A program made the translations under genes and the position numbers. Under the pieces are notes generated by a model. It was not told the origin of the DNA. It saw nothing but the letters and a program-made list of their open reading frames with translations, and did no database searches. A DNA stretch of 64,000 nt, from NCBI GenBank assembly GCA_034722055.1, contig JAYENL010000242.1:72609-136608 (forward strand), in the 5' to 3' direction. The stretch comes from Armatimonadota bacterium. Lineage in GTDB: Bacteria; Armatimonadota; Zipacnadia; Zipacnadales; UBA5352. Of the stretch, positions 29,380-38,936 are shown one piece after another; position 1 is the stretch's first letter, and each line of letters starts with the position of its first letter.

Positions 29380-29408
29380 TTGACTCCGGCTCGGCGGGCT
29401 GATATACT
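29380..29408 (+). promoter_or_regulatory. Sigma70-type promoter for the membrane protein and hisS
   Basis: TTGACT-17 nt-TATACT, divergent from the HIT promoter. Confidence 0.72.
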
Positions 29409-29500
29409 CTGAGTGCACTGCATGCCCCTCCGTGGGCCGGACGCACAGAGCCGGCCCACGGTTATTCTTGCGCACCGATGTCAGCAGGGCTGCCACGTCG

Positions 29501-30115
29501 ATGACCACAATGATCCGCCATACCGAGGAGATCGAGGGCCTCCGCGAGTACCTCATGCGCCGATGGATCACGTGGGGCATCCTCCCGATGTGCATCTGCG
29601 GGATTGTGGCGATTGCGGCCCTCATGTGGGGCCCTCCGGGCATCATCGAGGGCAAGCAGCAGACCCGGCTGGCCTTCGAGATCGTGCTGGGGGCCGGGGC
29701 CGCCGTTTTCCTGGCCGGCTTCTACATAGACGGGCACTGGACCAGTGCGGATCGCCTTGGCAAGCGCATCTTCACGGCCGCCGGGGGCGAGCCCGATGAT
29801 GAGAGCCCCCGCGACTGGGCAAAATACCGCTCCCACCGTTCCGCGTTGCGCAGCAACGCTCACATCGCGCTGGACTCCATTCGCGCCTCCGCCGACGCCA
29901 TCACACTCATGGGCACCGCCATCGGGCCGGTGGCCATCGTGACCGTGCTGGTGGGCCTTCCCGGCGAGCACGTTGCGCAGATGCTGCTGCTGGGGCTCTT
30001 CTACCAGCTCTTCGTCTACTCCCGGCATCCCTACTATATCCGGCTGGCGGAGGCGGCCCTGAGCGGCGAGCTGCTGCCACGGGAGGATGAGAAGGAGACC
30101 GACGAGGAGCAGTAG
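29501..30115 (+). CDS. Hypothetical membrane protein (about 4 TM)
   Basis: Four hydrophobic segments; GC-typical codon usage; downstream of the 29380 promoter. Confidence 0.7.
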   Translation: MTTMIRHTEEIEGLREYLMRRWITWGILPMCICGIVAIAALMWGPPGIIEGKQQTRLAFEIVLGAGAAVFLAGFYIDGHWTSADRLGKRIFTAAGGEPDDESPRDWAKYRSHRSALRSNAHIALDSIRASADAITLMGTAIGPVAIVTVLVGLPGEHVAQMLLLGLFYQLFVYSRHPYYIRLAEAALSGELLPREDEKETDEEQ

Positions 30116-30173
30116 CCGCCGCGTCACCCGCACACAGCCCCGTCCGACCACCCGGGCATTGAGCTGATCGCAG

Positions 30174-31436
30174 ATGCGCTATCAGAGGCCGAAGGGTACC
30201 AACGACATCCTCCCCGACGACGCCCCACGCTGGCGCCTCGTCGAGCGCACCTTCCGCGACATCTGCCGCCGCTACGACTACGCCGAGATCCGCACGCCCA
30301 CCTTCGAGGAGACGGAGCTGTTCGTGCGCTCCGTCGGCGAGGACACCGACATCGTCTCCAAGGAGATGTACAGCTTCGAGGACAAGGGCGGCCGGAGCCT
30401 GACGCTGCGCGCGGAGGGCACCGCCCCCACCGTGCGAGCCTTCCTGGAGGAGCACATCCAGGGCCAGGACCGCGAGCGGCTCGTCAAGCTCTACTACATC
30501 GCCCCCATCTTCCGGCAGGACAGGCCGCAGGCCGGCCGCTACCGCCAGCACCACCAGGCCGGCGTGGAGGCGATGGGCTCGCCCGAGCCGGCGGTGGACG
30601 CGGAGGTCATCGACCTCGCGATGACCTTCTTCCGCCAGGTGGGGATCGAGGGCACGCGGCTGCTGATCAACTCCGTGGGCTGCCCCAAGTGCGCCCCGGC
30701 CTACGTGGAGACGCTGAAGGCCTCGGTGGCGGATGCCGTGTGCGAGATGTGCGAGGACTGCCAGCGCCGCTATGAGACCAACCCCCTGCGGATGCTCGAC
30801 TGCAAGAACGAGACGTGCCGGCGCATCACCGAGGGCGCGCCGAAGATGCTCGACGCACTGTGCGATGAGTGCGAGGAGCACTTTGCGGGGGTGCGCGAGC
30901 ACCTGGAGGCGCTGGGCATCGCCTACGAGATCGACCCCCGGATCGTGCGCGGGCTGGACTACTACACCAAGACCGCCTTCGAGTTCCGCCACGACGCACT
31001 GGGCGCTAGGGATTCGGTCGGCGGCGGCGGGCGCTATGACGAGCTCGTGGAGCAGTGCGGCGGACCGCCGACCCCGGGCGTCGGGCTCGGGATCGGCCTC
31101 GAGCGCGTGCTGCTGGTCCGCCAGGAGCTGGGGCTGAAGGACGAGGAGCAGCCGCGCGACGGCAGCTTCATCGTCACCATCGGCGAGGGGGCGTGGCTGC
31201 CCGGCTACGAGCTGTTGCACGACCTTCGCCAGCAGGGCGTCAAGGCCGAGATCGACTACCGCAGGCGCTCCATCCGCGCCCAGATGCGCTACGCCGACAG
31301 TCAGGGCTACCTCAACGCTGTCATCCTCGGCCCCGATGAGCTCCAGAAGAGCGTTGCCACCGTCCGCGACATGCTCTCCGGCGACCAGGAGGAGGTCCCG
31401 CTGGCGGAGCTGGCGGAATACCTGACGAGCGAGTAG
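30174..31436 (+). CDS. hisS: Histidine--tRNA ligase
   Basis: PKGTND, TDIVSKEMY, LRAEGTAP, RPQAGRYRQH, VRGLDYYTKT, GGGRYD, GIGLER. Confidence 0.97.
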   Translation: MRYQRPKGTNDILPDDAPRWRLVERTFRDICRRYDYAEIRTPTFEETELFVRSVGEDTDIVSKEMYSFEDKGGRSLTLRAEGTAPTVRAFLEEHIQGQDRERLVKLYYIAPIFRQDRPQAGRYRQHHQAGVEAMGSPEPAVDAEVIDLAMTFFRQVGIEGTRLLINSVGCPKCAPAYVETLKASVADAVCEMCEDCQRRYETNPLRMLDCKNETCRRITEGAPKMLDALCDECEEHFAGVREHLEALGIAYEIDPRIVRGLDYYTKTAFEFRHDALGARDSVGGGGRYDELVEQCGGPPTPGVGLGIGLERVLLVRQELGLKDEEQPRDGSFIVTIGEGAWLPGYELLHDLRQQGVKAEIDYRRRSIRAQMRYADSQGYLNAVILGPDELQKSVATVRDMLSGDQEEVPLAELAEYLTSE

Positions 31437-31621
31437 CCCGAAAACGCGACGGGCATGCACCGCGGCCACGGCTCGTGAAGCTGCCTCGTCCGAGCCCTCA
31501 AGGGCCTGCTGTGGTGCGTTCCCTGTCGCCATGGTTGCGACGGCGCTCCCGGGGATGGCCGCCACCGCGATCTGCCGCGCCGGGGCCCGAGCTGCCCTGA
31601 GGCACATGCAACAGGGGGTCG

Positions 31622-33556
31622 ATGGTGATGCGTCAATGGACGACAGCAGCGCTGGTCGCGTGCGTGGGCGCGGCGTCAATCTGTGGTTGCGAGCGATCCG
31701 CCGGGCAGCAGGCGGCCTCCGGCGTGCCGGCCGCGACAGAGGTGGATACCGAGCCGGTGCGTCTCGGCGCGCTTGGGGAGACTCATAAGGCCCTCGTCTC
31801 GCCCGGTGCCCTGGACCGCCCGGACGTCGCCTCCGTGTGGGCGCCCTCGGTAATGGTCACCAAGATGGGATGTCACCTCCTGTACCGGTCGGGTGACCGT
31901 GCATCGCTCGTCGTGGACGGGCAGGAGTGGCCAGCGGAGGAGGTCATGACGCAGATGGGCGGCCTGGCCGTCAGCGGCGACGGCCAGCACATTGCATATG
32001 CCTGCGACGGCGGCGTGGTGCGAGACGGTGAGAAGCTGGAGACGGATGGCTACGTCCAGGTCGTGATTCTCAGCCCGGACGGAGCGCGCCTCGCCTGGAC
32101 TGAGAGCCTGTTTGCCGAGGGAGCAGAGGCCGGGCGCGAGGTCATGGTCGTTGACGGCGAGCGCGAACTCACATTCACCCACCTGATGGACGCCCTCTTG
32201 ACTGCTCGCTTCAGCCCGGATGGCTCGCGCTTCGCCTACGTAGGCCAGCGCGGGGACTGGGGGGAGGACGATGAGGCCTACGTGCTGGTCGCCGACGGCC
32301 GAGAGAGCCCCGAGTATGACCGTATCCTGTTCTCGGGCCCGCTCTTCAGCCCCGACAGCGAGCATCTGGCGTATGCGGCCGTCCAGGGCGATACTGTCAA
32401 GATCCTGCTGGACGAGCAGGTCATCTACGACTACTCCGCCGCCGACGTTGAGTCCGCCTATGCCACGTGCATGACAGCTCCGCAGATGACAATGAGCATG
32501 CCCATGGCGTTCAGCGCGGACAGCGAGCGTCTCGCGTTCTTCGATCAATCACCTCAGCAGCAGGCGGTAGTGCTCGACGGGCAGCGGGGCGAAAGCTGGG
32601 ACACGGTGGGCTGCCACGATCACTGGCCGATCCCCGCGCTGATGCTGCCCCTGGAGCCGCCGGCGTTCCATCCCGACGGCCACAGCGTGGCCTTCATCGG
32701 CACCAGGGACGATGTCAGCTACCTCGTCTCCCAGGGACGCATCGAGCGCGAGTATGAGCTGGGTTCCGAGGACCATCGGCACTTCGTGACGGGAGGGCCC
32801 TGGTGGACGAGCGACGGCGAACACCTGGTGGCGATCGTGGCGGTAGCCGAGCCTGCTCCCGAGCGCACAGAAGCTCCGGATGCGGTCGCGCCTCCCGACG
32901 ACAAACCATCGCTGCCTGTTCTGCCCGAGCGGCTCGTCGTTGACGGCGAGGTCCGCGCCAAGACGGACGGTATCACGGCCGGGCCCTACTTCGGCGCCGG
33001 AGGCTCTATCGTGTTCTCCGCCCGCAGCCGTGACGGCTACATCTGCGTCGTCGATGGGCGCGAGGGCCGGCCGTACGACGCCATTGGCGCTGAATTGGGG
33101 CAGGACCCTCGCTGGGCCGGACCGGTCCTCAGTCCCGATATGCGCCACGTGGCTTACCTCGCTCTCCGCGATGGCGCATGGCGTGTGGTGGTGGACAGCC
33201 GCGAGGGCCCGCAGTTCGAGAACATCATCGGTCCCACACGGCGCTGGGAGCCGTATCCAGTGCCCGTCGCCACCTACGCCCGATTGGAGGCATCCGGCGA
33301 GTGGGTGGAGACGGACGATGTAGCCGGGGAGTGCACACAGCTCGAGGGTGGCGAGCCCATCTGGAGTCCCGACAGCGAGATGGTCGCTTGCGCGGGGCGG
33401 GATGATGTCGGCTGGCACGTTGTCGCCGGCCAGCACATCGGCGAGGCTTGCGACTTCATCTTTCCCGAGAGCATCCGGTGGCTCCAGCCCGGCGTCGTGC
33501 AATACATCTGCGTGCGCGAAGGCGAGTTCTGGCGGCTGACGGAGGACCTGAGGTGA
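31622..33556 (+). CDS. TolB/WD40-like beta-propeller lipoprotein
   Basis: Lipobox-like SICGC; repeated FSPDG/S..(F/L)AY and VVDGREG blades. Confidence 0.75.
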   Translation: MVMRQWTTAALVACVGAASICGCERSAGQQAASGVPAATEVDTEPVRLGALGETHKALVSPGALDRPDVASVWAPSVMVTKMGCHLLYRSGDRASLVVDGQEWPAEEVMTQMGGLAVSGDGQHIAYACDGGVVRDGEKLETDGYVQVVILSPDGARLAWTESLFAEGAEAGREVMVVDGERELTFTHLMDALLTARFSPDGSRFAYVGQRGDWGEDDEAYVLVADGRESPEYDRILFSGPLFSPDSEHLAYAAVQGDTVKILLDEQVIYDYSAADVESAYATCMTAPQMTMSMPMAFSADSERLAFFDQSPQQQAVVLDGQRGESWDTVGCHDHWPIPALMLPLEPPAFHPDGHSVAFIGTRDDVSYLVSQGRIEREYELGSEDHRHFVTGGPWWTSDGEHLVAIVAVAEPAPERTEAPDAVAPPDDKPSLPVLPERLVVDGEVRAKTDGITAGPYFGAGGSIVFSARSRDGYICVVDGREGRPYDAIGAELGQDPRWAGPVLSPDMRHVAYLALRDGAWRVVVDSREGPQFENIIGPTRRWEPYPVPVATYARLEASGEWVETDDVAGECTQLEGGEPIWSPDSEMVACAGRDDVGWHVVAGQHIGEACDFIFPESIRWLQPGVVQYICVREGEFWRLTEDLR

Positions 33557-33628
33557 CGAGGGCCGCCCTTGCATTGCCCACCCCGAGGCTGTAAGCTTTG
33601 CGGGCAACGACCCGACCGGGAGCGAATC

Positions 33629-34141
33629 ATGCTCTGCCCGCAGTGCCACCAGGGAGTGCAGCAGCAGGAGCTCGAGGACGGGAAGTGCCCCTACTGCGGC
33701 TTCCCCTGCCACGAGTTCAGCCGCCGCGTCACGCAGATCCAGATCATCCTGGGCGCCATCTTCGCCTCCACGCTCGTCTACGGCATCCTGGTGGCGGTGC
33801 TGGAGCTGTATACGGGCTACCGGGGCCCGGGGCTGGGCGACAGTGAGCTGGTGCTGGGCATGGCGCTGATCGGCGCCTCCGCGGGCATCTTTGCCGCATC
33901 GGCGATGTTCGAGCGCCGGGCCCTCGAGCTCGAGACTACAGTCTCTTACGTTCGCATCGCCATCGTGCTCGGCGCAATAGCCGAGGTGCCGGCGGTCTTC
34001 GGGCTGGTGATGTATCTGCTGACGGGCAGCCTGCCCTGGCTGGTGCTGTTCCTGGCGGCGAGCTGGGCGCTGTTCATCCGCCTGGGCCTGCGCCTGCCGG
34101 TGATCCTGCGGGGTATCGCGGACTGCCTGCGGACGGAGTGA
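33629..34141 (+). CDS. Zinc-ribbon 4-TM membrane protein, paralog 1
   Basis: MLCPQC...CPYCGFPC followed by four TM segments; GGGAG SD. Confidence 0.75.
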   Translation: MLCPQCHQGVQQQELEDGKCPYCGFPCHEFSRRVTQIQIILGAIFASTLVYGILVAVLELYTGYRGPGLGDSELVLGMALIGASAGIFAASAMFERRALELETTVSYVRIAIVLGAIAEVPAVFGLVMYLLTGSLPWLVLFLAASWALFIRLGLRLPVILRGIADCLRTE

Positions 34142-34149
34142 TCGCGTTC

Positions 34150-34172
34150 GTGGCGCAGGCTTGCAGCCTGCG
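34150..34172. repeat. REP-like palindrome
   Basis: GTGGCGCAGGCTTGCAGCCTGCG, near-identical to 34771-34793. Confidence 0.65.
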
Positions 34173-34255
34173 GTCGTTCGCAGAAGCACTCCTGGTCGCG
34201 TCCCGTTGGTCGGGAACTGGTGGTTCGATAGACGGCGGGGCGGTACGATCCGACT

Positions 34256-34762
34256 ATGCGTTGCCCTCAATGTGGGCAGGACGTGAGAGAACTCGCCGAC
34301 GGGAACTGCCCTTACTGCGGCTTCCCGTGTCAGGAACTCCGGTCCCGGACGCGCGGCGTCTGGATCGTGATGGGCGCCATGTTCCTGGGCACGTTCGTCT
34401 ATGCCGCGTTCGTTGCGTATCTTGAGTACGAAGCTGCCTTCGGCGCAGATGGTGTCGATAGTTCGCTTGTGCTGCTCGTCAGGCTGGTCGGCGCCGCTGC
34501 CGTTATTGCGTTCATAGCTGGTCTATTCATGGAGCGCCGCATTCTGAGCGAGGAGACTATCCACGCCCCCCGGAAGGCAGTGGTGATCCAGGGCGCCCTG
34601 GCCGAAGCGACCGCGGGCTATGGAGTGCTGGCGTACCTCCTATCAGGGTATACCGAGTGGTTTGTGCCCTTCCTGGCGATGAGCTGGCTGCAGTTCCTGA
34701 TCCTGGCGGTCCGCACGCCAGGAATCCTGCGCGGGATGGGGGACTGCCTCCGCACAGACTGA
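34256..34762 (+). CDS. Zinc-ribbon 4-TM membrane protein, paralog 2
   Basis: MRCPQC...CPYCGFPC; ends ILRGMGDCLRTD versus ILRGIADCLRTE in paralog 1. Confidence 0.75.
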   Translation: MRCPQCGQDVRELADGNCPYCGFPCQELRSRTRGVWIVMGAMFLGTFVYAAFVAYLEYEAAFGADGVDSSLVLLVRLVGAAAVIAFIAGLFMERRILSEETIHAPRKAVVIQGALAEATAGYGVLAYLLSGYTEWFVPFLAMSWLQFLILAVRTPGILRGMGDCLRTD

Positions 34763-34770
34763 TTGCGTTC

Positions 34771-34925
34771 GTGGCGCAGGCTTCCAGCCTGCGGTCGTTG
34801 GCATTGGGTGGTCGAGAGCAGCGGCGTCGGCCTGGAAGCCCGACCTACGCGGCGCGGCGGACATCGTCGTCTGCTGGTCCCCCTCTCCCGCCTGCGCAGC
34901 TCGCTGCGCCAGGGAGAGGGGGTGT
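34771..34925. repeat. REP-like palindrome cluster upstream of aspS
   Basis: GTGGCGCAGGCTTCCAGCCTGCG; GTCGGCCTGGAAGCCCGAC; CCCCTCTCCC...GGGAGAGGGG stem. Confidence 0.6.
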
Positions 34926-35027
34926 GGAGTTTGTACCGCAAACTCCAGGGGGTGAGGCCGTCGTTGCCGTTCGCCTATCGCCAACTCCCCAGTGCTGCCA
35001 TTTGCACTACACAACGGAGTCTCCACC

Positions 35028-36848
35028 ATGAGCGAGCTGACCGAGCTTCGACACGAGCTGAGGCGCACCCACACCTGCGGCGAGCTGCGCGCCGGGCACA
35101 TCGGCGACGCAGTAGTGCTCAACGGCTGGGTGAATCGCCGCCGCGATCACGGAGGGCTGATCTTCGTGGACCTGCGCGATCGCTCCGGCGTGGTGCAGGT
35201 GGTCTTCGACCCCCAGGTCGATGAGGACGCGCATCACCTCGCTCACCAGCTCCGCTCGGAGTTCGTCATCGCGGTGCGAGGGCAGGTTTCACGGCGCCCG
35301 GAGGGCACTGCGAACCCGGACCTGCCCACCGGCGAGATCGACGTGCGCGCCGATGAGCTGGCGATCCTCAACACCGCCGAGACGCCGCCCTTCACCTGGC
35401 TGGATGAGACCGAGGTGGATGAGAAGGTCCGGCTGGAGTACCGCTACCTGGACCTGCGCTCCCCGCGCATGCAGCGGAACCTGCGCATCCGCCACGAGGC
35501 TGCCCAGGCCACGCGCCAGTTCCTCTCCCGGGAGGGCTTCCTGGAGGTGGAGACCCCCATGCTCTTCCGGCCCACGCCGGAGGGCGCGCGCGACTACCTC
35601 GTCCCCAGCCGCGTGAGTCCGGGCAACTTCTACGCCCTCCCGCAGTCGCCGCAGATCATGAAGCAGCTTCTGATGATCGCCGGCTGCGACCGCTACTTCC
35701 AGCTCGCCCGCTGCCTGCGCGACGAGGACCTGCGCGCCGACCGCCAGCCCGAGCACACGCAGATCGACATCGAGATGTCCTTCGTCACCCGCGAGGATGT
35801 CTTCGACCTCACCGAGCGGCTCTTCGCACACATCTTCCGCGAGTCCATCGGGGCGGAGGTGCCCGTGCGGTGGCCGCGCATGACCTACGCCGAGGCCCTG
35901 GCCAAGTACGGCACCGACAAGCCCGACCTGCGCTTCGGCCTGGAGCTGGTAGACATCACGGAGGTCGTGCGGGACGTTCAGTTCAGGGTCTTCTCGAGCG
36001 TGGCGCAGTCGGGCGGAGCCGTGAAGGGCCTCTGCGCGCCCGAATGCGCGGACATCGGCAGGGCGCAGATGGACCGGCTCACGGACTTCGTGCAGGAGCA
36101 CAAGGCCAAGGGCCTGGCCTGGTTCCAGGTCACCGATGCCACCCTGGAGGGCCCCATCGCCAAGTTCTTCACCGACGAGGAGCTTGCCGAGATCCGGCAG
36201 GCCTTCGACGCCGAGGCCGGCGACATGCTCATGATCGTCGCCGACGAGCCTCAGATCGCCAACGAGGCCCTCGACTGGCTGCGGCGGGAGATGGGCCGGC
36301 GGCTGGAGCTGATCGACGAGGCGGCCTGGGCGCCGGTGTGGGTGTATGACTTCCCGCTGCTCATGTGGAACGAGGACGAGAAGCGCTGGGATCCCGAGCA
36401 CCACCCGTTCTGCATGCCGCACGAGGACGACTGGGAGCTGCTGGAGAGCGATCCCGGCCAGGTGCGGGCGCTGTCCTACGACGCGGTGCTCAACGGCTTC
36501 GAGGTGGCGTCGGGCTCCATCCGAATCCACCGCCGGGACATCCAGGAGCGGGTCTTCCAGGTCCTGGGCATCACGGAGCAGGCGGCCCAGCAGCGCTTCG
36601 GCTTCTTCCTGAAGGCCTTCGAGTACGGCGCTCCGCCGCATGGCGGCATCGCGCCGGGCTTCGACCGCATCGTAATGCTCATGTGCGGGGAGCCGAACAT
36701 CCGGGAGGTCATCGCCTTCCCGAAGACGCAGAAGGCGCAGGATCTGATGGCCGGCGCACCGGCGCCGGCGGACCCGGATCAACTCCGCGAGCTGCACATC
36801 CGCCTCGACCTGCCGCCGCAGATGGAGCAGACGGAGGAGGAAGCGTAA
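35028..36848 (+). CDS. aspS: Aspartate--tRNA(Asp/Asn) ligase
   Basis: RTHTCGELR, RRRDHGGLIFVDLRDRSG, TPEGARDYLVPSR, YALPQSPQ, RDEDLRADRQPE, GSIRIH, YGAPPHGG, VIAFPKT. Confidence 0.97.
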   Translation: MSELTELRHELRRTHTCGELRAGHIGDAVVLNGWVNRRRDHGGLIFVDLRDRSGVVQVVFDPQVDEDAHHLAHQLRSEFVIAVRGQVSRRPEGTANPDLPTGEIDVRADELAILNTAETPPFTWLDETEVDEKVRLEYRYLDLRSPRMQRNLRIRHEAAQATRQFLSREGFLEVETPMLFRPTPEGARDYLVPSRVSPGNFYALPQSPQIMKQLLMIAGCDRYFQLARCLRDEDLRADRQPEHTQIDIEMSFVTREDVFDLTERLFAHIFRESIGAEVPVRWPRMTYAEALAKYGTDKPDLRFGLELVDITEVVRDVQFRVFSSVAQSGGAVKGLCAPECADIGRAQMDRLTDFVQEHKAKGLAWFQVTDATLEGPIAKFFTDEELAEIRQAFDAEAGDMLMIVADEPQIANEALDWLRREMGRRLELIDEAAWAPVWVYDFPLLMWNEDEKRWDPEHHPFCMPHEDDWELLESDPGQVRALSYDAVLNGFEVASGSIRIHRRDIQERVFQVLGITEQAAQQRFGFFLKAFEYGAPPHGGIAPGFDRIVMLMCGEPNIREVIAFPKTQKAQDLMAGAPAPADPDQLRELHIRLDLPPQMEQTEEEA

Positions 36849-36849
36849 C

Positions 36850-38826
36850 GTGCGCAGGAACGGAAGCCCAGACTCGGCCGCCTTTGGGGGCGTGGATGGC
36901 TCGCTGGTGGAGGCGCGGCAGCTCATGACCGAGGCCGAGCACCTCAGTGAGGACGACCCACCGGCGGCGGCGAAGCTGCTTCGCCGGGCCTGTAAGCAAC
37001 TGAGCAGGAAGGGAAAGAAAGGCCACCCGACCCACGCTCTGATGCTCAGCGAGGCCAAGCTGCTGCTGTCGAACCTCGCCGAGAATCCCACTGCCCAGGC
37101 GAACTACATCCTGGCTGCACTCGACCACAATGCGCAGGCGGTCGAGGAGACGTCGGGCAGTCCGCTGGCGATGGAGAGTTGGATGATGGCCCTGGCGGTG
37201 GCGAGCGTGGGCCTTTCCCCGGCCGACCTGTGGCATAGCTCGCGTCGCATGGCCGCCTTCGCGCAAGAGCGCTTCGAGGCGGGCGACCGGTCCGGCCCCC
37301 CACGCAGGCTGTGGCTGACCAGCGCGCTGACCTTAGCCAGGGCGGCTGTGGACAGCGAGGAGCCGCACCTGAGCACGCGCATCGACACCGTGACCGAGGT
37401 CTGGGACAGCATCGTGGCGCACATGCCAAAGAACGTTGATGCCCTGACAACTGCGGCCATGGTCCGGCGCATGGTCGCTCCGCTTCTCGCGGAGAGCGAC
37501 CGAGCGGCGGCTCGGGAGTGTCTCCTCGACGCAGTGCGCGGCCTGGAGGGAGTGGAGGATGCGCCGCCAGAGCACTTGCCCGCCGTGTACATGGCCCAGG
37601 CCGACGCGCTGAGCGATCTGGCTCTGGACATGGCCAGTGACAGGCCCGAGACGGCCAGTTACCTGGCGCGGACCAGGGAGAAGCTGGAGGCGGCGACCGA
37701 AGCTGCGCCCCACGATGAGACGACCTGGGACTATCTCGCCTGGGCCTGCTTCGAGCACGGCGAGGCGACGGATGACCTCCAGGCTCGGGAGGACGACGCA
37801 GCCACGGCGCTGGAGGCCCTGGAGAATCTCATCGCCCTCGACGCCCATCCCCAGAGGCTGGAGCGGGCAGCGAGCTCAGTGCTTGCAGCCGCGGCAGATT
37901 GGCTTCCCGACACAGCCTCCCGCCTGCCCCTGCTGCGGCGGGCAACGGAAGCGCTGCGCCTCATCGAGGATCAGCTCCAGGACCAGGAGAGGCTGCTCGG
38001 CCTGCGCGCGGTCGCCGAATCTACGCTGGGCCGGGAGTTGCTGCTGGCTGACCAGACGGAGGAGGCCTTCTGCCACGCTGAGATCGCCGATGAGGTCTAC
38101 GAACGCTGGGAGGCGATGGCGGCCCTCGAGGCGTCATCTCTGCTCCACTGGGGCCACGTGTGTCTCGTTGCCGCCGAAACGGCGGCGGACGCAGATGAGA
38201 AGACGCGCTGGTACCGGCGCGCGTGTACACGCCTCGAACAGGCCTCAGAACTCGCACCGGGCAATCCAGGGATGCTCACCCTGTGGTCCATAGCCCTGAC
38301 CGGGGCCGCCCACACGCTTGAGCGAGTCGCCGACAGGTCGGACGCCATGCGCCTGGCAGCGGAGAAGGCCAGTGCAGCCGTTGAGGTCTCCCCCGAGACC
38401 GCCGCGTCTGCCGGAGAGTTGGTCCTATCGGTCAACGTGGCCCGCCTGGCGTCCTCGGATGACTACGATCAGCCCTCCGTGCTCCCGGCCCTTGGGCACC
38501 TGCGCAAGGTCCTCGAGGACGCCGGCTCCGAGATCCCTCTGATAATCCGCTCGCGGCTGGACGCCGCTCTGGGGCTGGAGGACGAGGCCATTCAGTCCCT
38601 GAGGAGCGCCCTGGGCGTCGGCAGCCTCGCGCCCGAGGACCTGGAGGATGATCTGCTGCTGGCGTCCCTCCGCGACCGGCCGGAGTTCGCTGAGCTCCAG
38701 GAGCTGCACACGCCGCGCGGATCAAGCTCCCGGCCAAAGCGCAAGCGCACCACCGCCCGCTCGCCCCTCGACCGCCCGCTCCCCGGCCTGGACTCGGACG
38801 CCAGCGAGGCCAACGAGACCGGGTAA
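36850..38826 (+). CDS. TPR-like helical repeat protein with TPR end-of-group-like C-terminus
   Basis: All-alpha Ala/Leu/Glu-rich; A.E.AP repeats; C-terminal EAIQSLRSAL...DLEDD..LASLRDRPEF; starts 1 nt after aspS. Confidence 0.65.
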   Translation: MRRNGSPDSAAFGGVDGSLVEARQLMTEAEHLSEDDPPAAAKLLRRACKQLSRKGKKGHPTHALMLSEAKLLLSNLAENPTAQANYILAALDHNAQAVEETSGSPLAMESWMMALAVASVGLSPADLWHSSRRMAAFAQERFEAGDRSGPPRRLWLTSALTLARAAVDSEEPHLSTRIDTVTEVWDSIVAHMPKNVDALTTAAMVRRMVAPLLAESDRAAARECLLDAVRGLEGVEDAPPEHLPAVYMAQADALSDLALDMASDRPETASYLARTREKLEAATEAAPHDETTWDYLAWACFEHGEATDDLQAREDDAATALEALENLIALDAHPQRLERAASSVLAAAADWLPDTASRLPLLRRATEALRLIEDQLQDQERLLGLRAVAESTLGRELLLADQTEEAFCHAEIADEVYERWEAMAALEASSLLHWGHVCLVAAETAADADEKTRWYRRACTRLEQASELAPGNPGMLTLWSIALTGAAHTLERVADRSDAMRLAAEKASAAVEVSPETAASAGELVLSVNVARLASSDDYDQPSVLPALGHLRKVLEDAGSEIPLIIRSRLDAALGLEDEAIQSLRSALGVGSLAPEDLEDDLLLASLRDRPEFAELQELHTPRGSSSRPKRKRTTARSPLDRPLPGLDSDASEANETG

Positions 38827-38936
38827 ATCCTCAGGAGGCGGCGCGCGCCGTTGGCTGTTGCCTTCGTTGCCCTGGCGCGCCGGCTCTGCCCCATGGCTGT
38901 GCGAAGGTCCCCGCCTCCCGGCGGGCGAACTGCGCC

